A stretch of 64,000 nt of DNA, taken from assembly GCA_000092065.1 (NCBI GenBank), contig CP000581.1. One strand, 5' to 3'. The position numbers and the translations under genes were made by a program. Below are positions 10,480-19,689 of this stretch, in pieces (the first letter of the stretch is position 1; the number at the start of each line of letters is the position of its first letter). The notes under the pieces were generated by a model. It did no database searches and was not told the origin of the DNA. It worked only from the letters and a program-made list of their open reading frames with translations. Origin of the DNA: Ostreococcus lucimarinus (taxonomy: Eukaryota).

Positions 10480-11940
10480 TTAAATTAACGTCGCGAACGC
10501 GACCAAGGACCCGAAGGCGAGCGCCGCGGCGACGCCGGCGGGCGCGCCGCTCGAACGCGGTTCGTTGTCGCGAGCACTCATATATGCATCGTAGTTTTCG
10601 AGCGTAATATCATTCGGGCATGACGTATCGGCGCACTTTGAAGTTGATAAGCACAGTCCGTAGGTCCCGCAGCAATCGTTCGCCGTGCAAATTGATTCGA
10701 GATACGAAAGCGTCGGCGCGCCGCTCGAGCATTGAAAGTCGCAGTTCGGCACTTGTCGAGTCACCATTTCACCATCAGGGCAACGCAGAACGTCCGGTGG
10801 ACAGTGAGTGAAACCATTTGGGCCCGAGGATGTCTCGACGCTCGGTCCAGGTGCGGGAGCCAAATCATCATCGTCGACGAAGCCGTTATTCGACACGCCA
10901 TCCGTTTCAAGCATCCAGTCGATGAGAGAAGGGCCAAAATCTGCCGTAAAGGTCAGCGCGGTCGCGAGTTCGGTGTTCAAACCCGAAACAAGTCGAAGCT
11001 CGGTGCGACCACCGACGTCGCACTGGCTCGTGTTGCCAAAGTGCACGAGATCAGTATCTGGGTTGTTCGGGAGCAGCTTTTGGCGAGAGACGAGCGCGTC
11101 TGCAGTCGTGACTTTCGCCGACGCATCGCACCCGTTGTGATCGGCCCAGCCAGCCAACGTTTGTTCAACGGAAGGTACAGGTTTACCTTCGAATCGACCG
11201 CCATCGACGGGAATGTTGTCGAGTTCACCATGGATGGCCAAGACGTTCACTGGCGTCTTTGTCGTCGCCGTGAACGCGGCGCAGTTGGATTGCGCGTCCG
11301 CGAAGGTCAGACCAGAGATAGATACGATACCCGAGATTAAATCGGGCTTCTCGCAAGCCATGCGATACGCCATGAACCCACCGTTCTCCCAACCGACGAT
11401 GTAAACCTTGTCCTCGGCGACGTTGTACTGAGACTTCACGGCTCGGATGACTTGCGCGAGATGTTCGACGTCGTCGACGGGTTCCCACGTCTCCGGATCC
11501 CCCGGGCGTAACGAGAAGCGTCCAGCTGCGCAGCACGCGGGTGTTGCAGCCCAAGATCTACATCCGTAGCGAGTGTTCAAAATACCACCAAGTCGAGTGC
11601 ACGATGAGCACCAGAATCGATTTCTCGTCCCTTCGGGAAGTGCGAGGATGAACTCGCGAGAATCCACCTGCTCGGTGAAGCGCAAAATTCGGTTTGTGGA
11701 GTCGCCATCCATGCAGCGCCCGTGGAGAAGAACGATGAGAGGAACATCTGGTGGTACATTTGTCGCGTTATCCTCGCCGGGCACGGAGACGTCGGGGATG
11801 TAGAGCGTGATTGGGTCTCTGTCTTCTCCCGAGGCGTACACGATGTCCACCTCCTGCCTCGCGACGGCGGAGACGCGAGAGGCGCCGAGCAGTAAGATGA
11901 GAAAAACCGAGTAGAAAGCGCTTGAGACTTTGCAAATCAT
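10480..11940 (-). CDS. Secreted alpha/beta-hydrolase esterase (PHB-depolymerase/feruloyl-esterase-like) with a C-terminal Cys-rich module and a hydrophobic C-terminal tail (GPI-anchor or TM)
   Basis: Signal peptide 'MICKVSSAFYSVFLILLLGASRVSA'. 'LIVLLHGRCMDG' and 'YIVGWENGGFMAYRMA' (GxSxG-like nucleophile elbow). About 100-aa Cys-rich C-terminus ending in AAALAFGSLVAFATLI. Start is placed at the internal ATG (11940) that gives the signal peptide; the ORF extends to 12288. Confidence 0.5.
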   Translation of the reverse strand: MICKVSSAFYSVFLILLLGASRVSAVARQEVDIVYASGEDRDPITLYIPDVSVPGEDNATNVPPDVPLIVLLHGRCMDGDSTNRILRFTEQVDSREFILALPEGTRNRFWCSSCTRLGGILNTRYGCRSWAATPACCAAGRFSLRPGDPETWEPVDDVEHLAQVIRAVKSQYNVAEDKVYIVGWENGGFMAYRMACEKPDLISGIVSISGLTFADAQSNCAAFTATTKTPVNVLAIHGELDNIPVDGGRFEGKPVPSVEQTLAGWADHNGCDASAKVTTADALVSRQKLLPNNPDTDLVHFGNTSQCDVGGRTELRLVSGLNTELATALTFTADFGPSLIDWMLETDGVSNNGFVDDDDLAPAPGPSVETSSGPNGFTHCPPDVLRCPDGEMVTRQVPNCDFQCSSGAPTLSYLESICTANDCCGTYGLCLSTSKCADTSCPNDITLENYDAYMSARDNEPRSSGAPAGVAAALAFGSLVAFATLI

Positions 11941-12020
11941 AGTGTTGTGTTTGAAGTTGAGTCTGAAATGCACGACTATTCGCGCGCGAGTCTCGAAATG
12001 GCGTCCATATAACGCCCGCG

Positions 12021-12147
12021 TCTCGGGCTCGTCGCGCCGCCTCGGGAACGCCGCCTCGATTCGATTCATAACAACACCGACGTGCCTGCCCCTCGGGCTC
12101 GTCGCGCCACCTCGGGAACGCCGCCTCGATTTATAACAACACCGACG
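12021..12147. repeat. ~60-bp tandem direct repeat (2 copies, 12021..12082 and 12091..12147). The second copy includes the last codons and stop of the LRR-CBM1 gene.
   Basis: 'ctcgggctcgtcgcgcc[g/a]cctcgggaacgccgcctcgatt...ataacaacaccgacg' occurs twice in tandem. Confidence 0.8.
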
Positions 12148-13768
12148 AAGGTTGACACTGCGAGTAATACGCATCAAAGTACACGCAAGAGTTGCCAGGC
12201 GCACAGCACTTGGGTCCGTCGTAAAGTGCGCCGGCGCACTGCTCCCACTGCGCGTTACAGGGCAGGCACTCGGACCTGTCGTCGTCAATTCGAGTGCACG
12301 TTAGACCGCGCTTGCAGCAAGTTGGGCCGTCGAAAGATTTCCCACCACATTTCTGATACGCGTCTGAACATGGCACACACTGCTTCCCACCGAACTCGAA
12401 AGGAACGCTGAGACACGTACCTTCCTCGCAGCACGTTTCTTTCCTTCCGCTGAGTTCCCAGATGGAACAGCCTTCGCCTGGCGCAGCGCATTGACATGAC
12501 CCCAAACCGAGAAGCGTGCCCGCTGTTTCCGGCCAAAGTTGACAAAGTTCCCACGGTTTGTCGCACTCGGCTTCCTTTTGCTCCTTCGTGGCGAATGGTA
12601 AGTCTGGAAGTGCACCGCAAAGCCCAGCGTTGTTTGCCAGGCTAATCATTTTGAGATTCGGCAGAGACGCCTTGGATAGAGTCACCGGACCCGTGAATCG
12701 GCAGCGATCGAGCAGCACGCCCTCGAGCCGCTTTAGCCGAGAAAGTTCGTTGATCGAACCCGTAAGCAAATTTTCGTGCACGTCGAGGAACGTCAAGTTT
12801 CGCGGTAGGAATCGAGGTAAAGTTCCGCTCAAAAAGTTGCCTTCGACGATCAAGGACTCGAGCGCCAGGGCGGAGGACCAGTCGCTCGGTATAAACCCGC
12901 TGATGAAGTTATCGTCCAGATTTAACGTTCGAAGGCGTGGAAGTGTGGCGAGCTCTTGTGGAATGGCGCCGTGGAGTTGGTTCCCGGACACGTCCATGGA
13001 TTCGAGTTCGACGAGATTCCCGACGCTCGCCGGGAGAGCGAGACGATCCGTCTTCAAACCGAGCATATTTCTGTGCAAATTCAACTCTCTGAGCTTGACG
13101 AGATTACCGATTTCTGCGGGAACGCTGCCCGAAAGTTGATTGCCAAAGTGAACCCCCGGAAATCCGTACACTTCGCGCTTGTCGACGGGTACCGACGCGT
13201 CGAATCGTCTCTGTCTCTCTGTGAAGCCGCCGTCCAAATTCAGGACTTCGAGCGACGTCAAAGTCCCGATCGACTTCGGAATCGGTCCCTCGAGCGTGTT
13301 CAAATTCAAATGCAGCTCCACGAGATTCGGCATCGCCAACAAGAACTCCTCGGAAATCGTTCCCTCGAGCGCGTTATCGCTCGCGTCCAACGTCGTCAAC
13401 CGCTCCATCCTCGGCACGCGCGCCGGCAGCCTCCCTCGCAGCCCTCGTCCGCGCAACCGTATCTTCACCACCCTCCCGTTTTCATCGCACGCCACCGTCC
13501 CGTCCCCGATCGCGCACACGTCCCCGATCGCCAGCGCGCGTCCCAGCGCCTCGTCGTCCCTCGCGCTCGCCAGCAGCGTCCTCACCGCCTCCGCGTCGCC
13601 CGCGTCCGTCGCCCGCGTCGCCATCGCTCGCATCGCCGCCATCGCGACGCACGTCGCCGTCCCCGCGCGTCGCTTTCGCCCCATCCCGTCGTCGTCGTCG
13701 TCGTCGTCGTCGTCGCGCCTTCGCGTCGCACCGTGTGGTCGACGACAATCGGCGACACAAAACGTCAA
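12131..13768 (-). CDS. Leucine-rich-repeat (plant extracellular type) protein fused to two C-terminal fungal-type cellulose-binding modules (CBM1)
   Basis: LRRNT-like cap '[23 protein letters not shown]' followed by about 10 LRRs (LxxLxLxxNxLxGxIP). Two CBM1-like modules: '[32 protein letters not shown]' and '[32 protein letters not shown]'. Poly-Asp is encoded by a (GTC)9 run near the N-terminus; true start (13768 or the later ATG) is uncertain. Confidence 0.6.
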   Translation of the reverse strand: MTFCVADCRRPHGATRRRDDDDDDDDDGMGRKRRAGTATCVAMAAMRAMATRATDAGDAEAVRTLLASARDDEALGRALAIGDVCAIGDGTVACDENGRVVKIRLRGRGLRGRLPARVPRMERLTTLDASDNALEGTISEEFLLAMPNLVELHLNLNTLEGPIPKSIGTLTSLEVLNLDGGFTERQRRFDASVPVDKREVYGFPGVHFGNQLSGSVPAEIGNLVKLRELNLHRNMLGLKTDRLALPASVGNLVELESMDVSGNQLHGAIPQELATLPRLRTLNLDDNFISGFIPSDWSSALALESLIVEGNFLSGTLPRFLPRNLTFLDVHENLLTGSINELSRLKRLEGVLLDRCRFTGPVTLSKASLPNLKMISLANNAGLCGALPDLPFATKEQKEAECDKPWELCQLWPETAGTLLGLGSCQCAAPGEGCSIWELSGRKETCCEEGTCLSVPFEFGGKQCVPCSDAYQKCGGKSFDGPTCCKRGLTCTRIDDDRSECLPCNAQWEQCAGALYDGPKCCAPGNSCVYFDAYYSQCQPSSVLL

Positions 13769-13846
13769 TCGTCGCGGTCGGGCGGTCGGTCGCCGCGCGC
13801 GCGGTCGAAGGTTCTGGATGTCGACGACGGGTGCGCGGCGCGATTA

Positions 13847-16800
13847 ATGGCGCGCGACGGAACGCGACGCGCGTCGTCGGCGTCGGCGTCGACGTCGACG
13901 ATCGAGATGACCGCGCCCGTCTACCCCGCGTGGTCGAACGCGCCGGCGCGGACGCTGGCGCATCACGACAGCGACGAAACCGTCGGGATCGCGTCGGCGT
14001 CGGTGGACGATCGGCGCGCGCGCGCGGGCGGGCACAACGAGCTCGAGCGCGAGCCGGGGAAGGCGCTGTGGAGACTGGTGCTGGAACAGTTCGATGACGC
14101 GCTGGTGAAGGTGCTGCTGGCGGCGGCGGCGGTGTCGCTGGCGCTGGCGTACGCGGAGGGCGGCGCGGAGGAGGGACTCGCGGCGTACGCGGAGCCGGCG
14201 GTCATCGCGCTGATTTTGGTGCTGAACGCGATCGTCGGGGTGTGGCAGGAGAGCAACGCGGAGCGCGCGCTGGATGCGCTGAAGGAGATGCAGAGCGAAC
14301 ACGCGAAGTGCCTGAGAGACGGTCGATGGAACGGCTCGCTCGAGGCGCGGGAATTGGTGCCGGGGGACGTGGTGGAGCTGAAGACGGGCGATCGAGTGCC
14401 GGCGGATTGTCGAGTGATTCGATTGAAGACGGCGACGGTGCGCGTGGAGCAGGCGTCGTTGACTGGGGAATCCGTGGCGGTGGATAAGCGCGTGGAGAGC
14501 GTGAAGGATGAAGACATCGAGTTGCAAGGGAAGACGTGCATGCTGTTCGCCGGCACGGCGGTGTCCAACGGATGCTGTCTGTGCGTGGTGAACTCGACGG
14601 GTATGTCGACCGAGATCGGGAAGATTCAGTCGCAAATCAAAGAAGCGAGCGAGGAAGAGGAGGATACGCCGCTGAAGCAAAAGCTCGATCGATTCGGTGA
14701 GAGCTTGACGATGATGATTGGCGTCATTTGCCTTCTCGTGTGGTTGATCAACTACAGGCACTTTGTTCAATTTGAGTTCAAGGCTGGGTCAACGATCCCC
14801 AGCGTGGCGTTTGATCTCGTGAAGTGTACGTATTATTTCAAAATCGCCATCGCTCTCGCCGTGGCGGCTATTCCCGAAGGCTTACCGGCGGTAATCACGA
14901 CGTGCTTGGCGCTCGGTACAAGAAAGATGGCGAAGAAGAACGCCATCGTTCGCAAGTTGCCGAGCGTGGAAACTCTTGGTTGCACGAGTGTTATTTGCAG
15001 CGACAAGACGGGTACGTTGACCACGAATCAAATGTCTGCCGTAAAGCTCATCACCGTGCGCGATGAGACTCACTTGACGACATACACCGTCGAAGGGACG
15101 ACGTACAACCCCACCGAGGGTGGCGTCGTCGGCGCGCCGAAAAAGCTTGACGCGAGTTTGCGCGCCATCGCTAAGATTTCTGCTTTGTGCAACGGCGCTC
15201 AGTTGGAGTACAAAAACGATGCGTACAAGTGCGTCGGTGAACCGACGGAAGGTGCGCTCAAAGTTTTGTGCGAGAAGATTGGTTTGGATGACATGCGCGG
15301 CGTCGCCAAGAAGCGCTCCTCCAAACCCGAGCAACACGCACAAATCGTGTGCGACATGATTGAAAGTGCACACGACGTCCGGGCAACTTTAGAATTCGAT
15401 CGTGATCGCAAGTCGATGAGCGTCATCGCGAGTGAAAAGACCGATAGCAAGCGGGGTAGCGCCAACGAACTCCTCGTCAAGGGGGCGCCTGAAGTGTTGC
15501 TTGAACGCTGCGCGTTTGTGCAGATGCCGGACGGCGCGACGGCGCCGCTTTCCGCAACGATGCGAAATGTCATCCTCAACGAACAAGCGACGATGGCTCG
15601 CGACGCGCTGCGATGTCTCGCGTTCGCGAAAAAGGTTTCGCTTGGTGATTTGTCTTCGTACGACGGATCAGAGAAGCACAAGGCGCACAAGGTGCTCAAG
15701 GATCCGTCCGCGTACGCGTCCATCGAATCCGATTTAATCTTCGTTGGCATGACTGGTTTGCGAGATCCCCCGAGACCGGAAGTCGCTGGAGCCATTAAGG
15801 CGTGTCACACTGCCGGTATTCGCGTTATCGTCATCACCGGCGACAACAAGCTTACCGCGGAGGCGATTTGCACCGAAATTGGCGTCTTCAAGTCTTCGGC
15901 GGACGTTAAGGGGAAATCCTTCACCGGTCGTGAATTCGCTGCGATGTCCAAATCTAAGCAACTCAAAGCGCTTCTTGGTGAAGGCGGTCGCGTGTTCAGT
16001 CGCACTGAGCCCAAACACAAGCAAGACATCGTTCGTCTCCTTCGCGATAGCGGCGACGTAGTCGCCATGACGGGCGACGGTGTCAACGACGCGCCGGCGT
16101 TGAAGCTCGCGGATATCGGTATCGCCATGGGTATCGCCGGTACTGAGGTCGCGAAGGAAGCGTCCGACATGGTTCTCGCCGACGACAACTTCAGCACCAT
16201 CGTCGAAGCCGTCTCCGAGGGTAGAAGCATCTACAACAACATGAAGGCGTTCATTCGATACATGATTTCTTCCAATGTCGGCGAAGTGGTGAGCATTTTC
16301 CTTACCGCTGCGCTTGGCATGCCCGAGGGCTTGGTGCCGGTGCAGCTTCTTTGGGTGAATCTCGTCACCGATGGTCCTCCGGCCACGGCGCTCGGTTTCA
16401 ATCCTCCGGACAAAGACATCATGACGAAGCCGCCGAGACGAAAGGACGAAGATCTCTTATCCAACTGGGTCATGTTCAGATACGCCGTCGTCGGTCTTTA
16501 CGTCGGCGTCGCTACCGTGGGCGCGTTCGCGATTTGGTTCACGCGCACTAGTTTCATGGGTATCGACTTGAGCCAAGACGGTCACACGCCCGTGACTTTC
16601 AAGCAGCTGACAAACTGGGGCGAGTGCGCGAGCTGGAAAAATTTCAAGGGAGGCAAATTCACCGCCGGCGGCGTCGCGTACTCTTACACCGGTAAGCACG
16701 CGTGCGATTACTTCGAGGCGGGCAAAGTGAAAGCGTCGACGCTTTCGCTCACTGTTCTTGTCGCGATCGAGATGTTCAATGCGCTCAACGCGCTTTCGGA

Positions 16801-17056
16801 GGACGGATCGTTGGTGACCATGCCGCCGTGGCGCAACCCGTACCTCCTCATCGCCATGCTTGTCTCCTTTGGCTCGCACTTCTTGATCATGTACGTTCCG
16901 TACTTCGCGGAAATTTTCTCCATCGTCCCGCTGGATTTCAACGAATGGATGCTCGTCCTTCTGTGCGCCGCACCGGTGTGCTTGATCGACGAAGTTCTGA
17001 AGGTTTTCGGCCGCGTCTCGGCGCGAAGAGAACTCAAGGCTCGACTCGGGTACTAG
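13847..17056 (+). CDS. P-type Ca2+-transporting ATPase, SERCA/ECA type
   Basis: '[14 protein letters not shown]', '[12 protein letters not shown]', 'KGAPE', 10 TM helices, SERCA-like N-terminus '[20 protein letters not shown]'. Start is moved to 13847 because the track ORF (12956) overlaps the divergent LRR gene. Confidence 0.85.
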   Translation: MARDGTRRASSASASTSTIEMTAPVYPAWSNAPARTLAHHDSDETVGIASASVDDRRARAGGHNELEREPGKALWRLVLEQFDDALVKVLLAAAAVSLALAYAEGGAEEGLAAYAEPAVIALILVLNAIVGVWQESNAERALDALKEMQSEHAKCLRDGRWNGSLEARELVPGDVVELKTGDRVPADCRVIRLKTATVRVEQASLTGESVAVDKRVESVKDEDIELQGKTCMLFAGTAVSNGCCLCVVNSTGMSTEIGKIQSQIKEASEEEEDTPLKQKLDRFGESLTMMIGVICLLVWLINYRHFVQFEFKAGSTIPSVAFDLVKCTYYFKIAIALAVAAIPEGLPAVITTCLALGTRKMAKKNAIVRKLPSVETLGCTSVICSDKTGTLTTNQMSAVKLITVRDETHLTTYTVEGTTYNPTEGGVVGAPKKLDASLRAIAKISALCNGAQLEYKNDAYKCVGEPTEGALKVLCEKIGLDDMRGVAKKRSSKPEQHAQIVCDMIESAHDVRATLEFDRDRKSMSVIASEKTDSKRGSANELLVKGAPEVLLERCAFVQMPDGATAPLSATMRNVILNEQATMARDALRCLAFAKKVSLGDLSSYDGSEKHKAHKVLKDPSAYASIESDLIFVGMTGLRDPPRPEVAGAIKACHTAGIRVIVITGDNKLTAEAICTEIGVFKSSADVKGKSFTGREFAAMSKSKQLKALLGEGGRVFSRTEPKHKQDIVRLLRDSGDVVAMTGDGVNDAPALKLADIGIAMGIAGTEVAKEASDMVLADDNFSTIVEAVSEGRSIYNNMKAFIRYMISSNVGEVVSIFLTAALGMPEGLVPVQLLWVNLVTDGPPATALGFNPPDKDIMTKPPRRKDEDLLSNWVMFRYAVVGLYVGVATVGAFAIWFTRTSFMGIDLSQDGHTPVTFKQLTNWGECASWKNFKGGKFTAGGVAYSYTGKHACDYFEAGKVKASTLSLTVLVAIEMFNALNALSEDGSLVTMPPWRNPYLLIAMLVSFGSHFLIMYVPYFAEIFSIVPLDFNEWMLVLLCAAPVCLIDEVLKVFGRVSARRELKARLGY

Positions 17057-17149
17057 AGTTCTACGTAGCACGCGTCGTCGAACGGTACTCGCCAGACGAT
17101 GAATTTAATTAATACGAAGCGCTTAACGTTATATTACACGCAACCCTGC

Positions 17150-17539
17150 CTATCGCGACGACGCCCCGGGGAACGTCGACACCATTTCGTTCACCACCGG
17201 TCCCGCGAGCTTAAAAACCAGCAGCACGCACACCAAGCAGAAAGCCGCGAATCCCGCCTTCAGCACCGTGGAGAACGTCTCGCTCTCCAGCAGCGCGTTC
17301 TCTTCCTGCACGGGCTTCACGTAGTCGCGCGACGCGCCCTCGTCGTCTTCGACCGCGCGCGTCGCGACGCGCCGACGTCGCTCGAGCGTCACCGTCGCCG
17401 TCGCCATCGCCGCCGTCGTCGCTCGCACCGTCGCCGTCGTCGCCGTCGCTCGAGCGACGCGCGCGCGTCGACCGAAGTGCGTCGTCTTCGCCGCCGCGCG
17501 CGGCGCCGTCGCGCGCACCGTCGTCGTCGTCGTCGCCAT
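17150..17539 (-). CDS. Possible small organelle-targeted single-pass membrane protein (129 aa)
   Basis: Sub-ORF of the 17150..18154 track ORF, starting at the ATG (17539) 40 bp from the divergent RPAP3-like start. Ala/Thr/Arg-rich presequence, then 'FAAFCLVCVLLVFKLAGPVV' TM segment. No homolog recognised. Confidence 0.25.
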   Translation of the reverse strand: MATTTTTVRATAPRAAAKTTHFGRRARVARATATTATVRATTAAMATATVTLERRRRVATRAVEDDEGASRDYVKPVQEENALLESETFSTVLKAGFAAFCLVCVLLVFKLAGPVVNEMVSTFPGASSR

Positions 17540-17578
17540 CGCGCGTCGTCGAGTGACCACGGCCCTCGCGTCCGTCAG

Positions 17579-18745
17579 ATGGCGCCTCTCGCGGCGCTCG
17601 ACGCTGTCCAGCGCGCGCGACGAGCGTCGGACGCGATCGAATCCGTCAAGACGTGGCTCCCGGACGCGCACGCGATGGACGACGCGATGCGACGCGCGCG
17701 CGTGAGCGCTGAAGGCGCGCCGGCAGTCAACGAACGCGCGCGCGAGGCGACGGCGCAGCGCGAGCGCGGGAACGCGGCGTATCGCGAAGGGAAATACGCG
17801 GCGGCGATCGAACACTACGACGCGTCGTGCGCGGTCGAGCGAAACGCGGCGGCGCTGGCGAATCGAGCGATGTGCTGGTTGAAGCTGGAGAAGTGGGACG
17901 CGGCGGAGGCGGATTGCTCGAGCGCGTTGGCGCTCGACGCGGTCGCGTTCGGGGTCAAGGCGTACCAGCGACGAGGTATGGCGCGACGGGAGATGGGAAA
18001 GTATTTGGAGAGTGCGATGGATTTCGAGGAAGCGCTGCGGTTGGAGCCGACGAGTAAGATTTTGAAGGAGGAGCGGGCGAAGAGTCAACGCGCGTTCGAG
18101 CTCGAGGCGAAGATACGGCCAACGCAGGCGCGCGTGAAAATACCCGTCGAGCACGATCGAGCGGTCGAGCGTGGTGATGATAGTTTAGTTGACGTCGATA
18201 TGGGCGCAGTTGAGAACGCGGCGTCGTGCGCGCGCGATAGCGTTGAGACGAGTCGACGCCCGGCGCCGGCGCCGGAGACCGGTCGCGACGACGATTTGGT
18301 GAGCAAGGCGGCGGCGATCGCGGCGAGCAAACCCGTCGTCGCTCCACGAAATGGCGCTGAGTTCGAACGCGCGTACAGACGCGAGATGAAAGCCGCGGCT
18401 TCGACGACATCGGCATCGCGTCGAGCGGAGATTCTCATCCTCGTCCCGCCGGACAAGTTGGAGACGATGTTCGCCGGCGGCCTCGACCCCGACATCCTCG
18501 CCGACGTCGCCACCATCGCCCTCGAGCATTGGTACGCCAAAGACGAAAACGCGTCCGCCGCTCTCGAGTGGCTCGAGCGTTTACGAGCCGTGCCTCGCTT
18601 CGCCGTCTCCGCGGCGCTTCGCCCGAGCGCCTCGTCCCGAGCGCTCGAGCGCGCTTTCGCCGCCGCGCGCGCCACCGCCGCGCGCGACGCGCGCGCGACG
18701 GCTCGCCTCGAGGCATTACGCGAAGCCTTTCGCGTTTTAGCTTAG
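17579..18745 (+). CDS. TPR-repeat protein with RPAP3-type C-terminal domain (RPAP3/Spag1/Tah1-like R2TP cofactor)
   Basis: Three TPR motifs ('AQRERGNAAYREGKYAAAIEHYDASCAV...') and a C-terminal 'LILVPPDKLETMF...IALEHWYAKDE' RPAP3_C-like block. The upstream part of the track ORF is rejected. Confidence 0.55.
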   Translation: MAPLAALDAVQRARRASDAIESVKTWLPDAHAMDDAMRRARVSAEGAPAVNERAREATAQRERGNAAYREGKYAAAIEHYDASCAVERNAAALANRAMCWLKLEKWDAAEADCSSALALDAVAFGVKAYQRRGMARREMGKYLESAMDFEEALRLEPTSKILKEERAKSQRAFELEAKIRPTQARVKIPVEHDRAVERGDDSLVDVDMGAVENAASCARDSVETSRRPAPAPETGRDDDLVSKAAAIAASKPVVAPRNGAEFERAYRREMKAAASTTSASRRAEILILVPPDKLETMFAGGLDPDILADVATIALEHWYAKDENASAALEWLERLRAVPRFAVSAALRPSASSRALERAFAAARATAARDARATARLEALREAFRVLA

Positions 18746-18948
18746 TCCAGTAGCGCGCCGCGCGGTCGTGGGTCTCGTCCGAGAATCACAGTGTAATCCA
18801 GTAATCCAACCTTCGACCAACCTCCGAGAGTGGGGCAATCGACCGTTCACGACTCAGCCGCGACGTTTCAGTTCGGCGAAAGGTCCCGCCGTCCGGTCGG
18901 CACGACGTCCGCAATCGGCGAACCGTCACACCGCGACTGCCGTCGCTC

Positions 18949-19575
18949 ATGGCGTCGCCGTCGGCGTCGCTGAGCGAAGGACGCGCGGTTGGCAAAAAGT
19001 CGCGCATTTCCGAAACCGTGTGCGAGGTGCGGTCGTACGCGAGCGAGTCCGACGACGAATGCGCGACGAAAGATCACCGCACGAAATCAAACTGGAGCGC
19101 GCGACCTCTCGGTTTGCGAAAGTCAAACTCGAGCGAGACGGTGGATGCGCGAAGCGGCGGGCGCGAAGCGGAGTATGAAATCGTGCGCGAGCGAAGATTG
19201 AGTGGGACAGAGGCGCGTGCGTTGGATGCGGATTCGATGTACGCGCGGGTGCGGTCGTTGAAAACGACGGAGGCTAGAAACGAAGACGCCGCCGAGCGAA
19301 GGCGACACGGTTCGTTTGATGTTTTGAACTTGCTCCAGGCGCTCGGCTCGGTTCATATGAGTCCAACGAGTCCAACGACGAGCGATCCTCTACCCACAGT
19401 CGTGTGCGAGTACACGGATGAGGGTGTGGAGGAGGAAGTGAGCTCTGGTACGTCGAGGCGCTGGCGTGGAGACGGCCCGAACGACGACCGCGCGGAGGAC
19501 GACGACTCTCAACCGAACGTCGGATCATTGCGGTCGACGTCGAGCTTCGTCAACACGCGGTCACTTGCGGCGTGA
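18949..19575 (+). CDS. Hypothetical Ser/Asp/Glu-rich protein
   Basis: ORF only; codon usage is consistent with the neighbours. No motif recognised. Confidence 0.3.
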   Translation: MASPSASLSEGRAVGKKSRISETVCEVRSYASESDDECATKDHRTKSNWSARPLGLRKSNSSETVDARSGGREAEYEIVRERRLSGTEARALDADSMYARVRSLKTTEARNEDAAERRRHGSFDVLNLLQALGSVHMSPTSPTTSDPLPTVVCEYTDEGVEEEVSSGTSRRWRGDGPNDDRAEDDDSQPNVGSLRSTSSFVNTRSLAA

Positions 19576-19689
19576 GGAAAATGGCCGTCGAATAATGTAC
19601 TTTACTTCATTCATGTTTCCTGTTCTTCAATTCTTGCACTGTTGAACATGCTACTTCTACGCATAGATGCCAGCTTGTAATCCACCATC

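Noticed and set aside
12956-13846. N-terminal 297-codon extension of the Ca-ATPase ORF
   Set aside because: It overlaps the LRR-CBM1 gene on the opposite strand and is low-complexity. The SERCA-like N-terminus begins after the ATG at 13847.
17099-17578. N-terminal extension of the RPAP3-like ORF, and the 334-aa antisense ORF 17150..18154
   Set aside because: Both are Arg-rich GC artefacts. Only the short 17150..17539 portion is kept, as a low-confidence gene.
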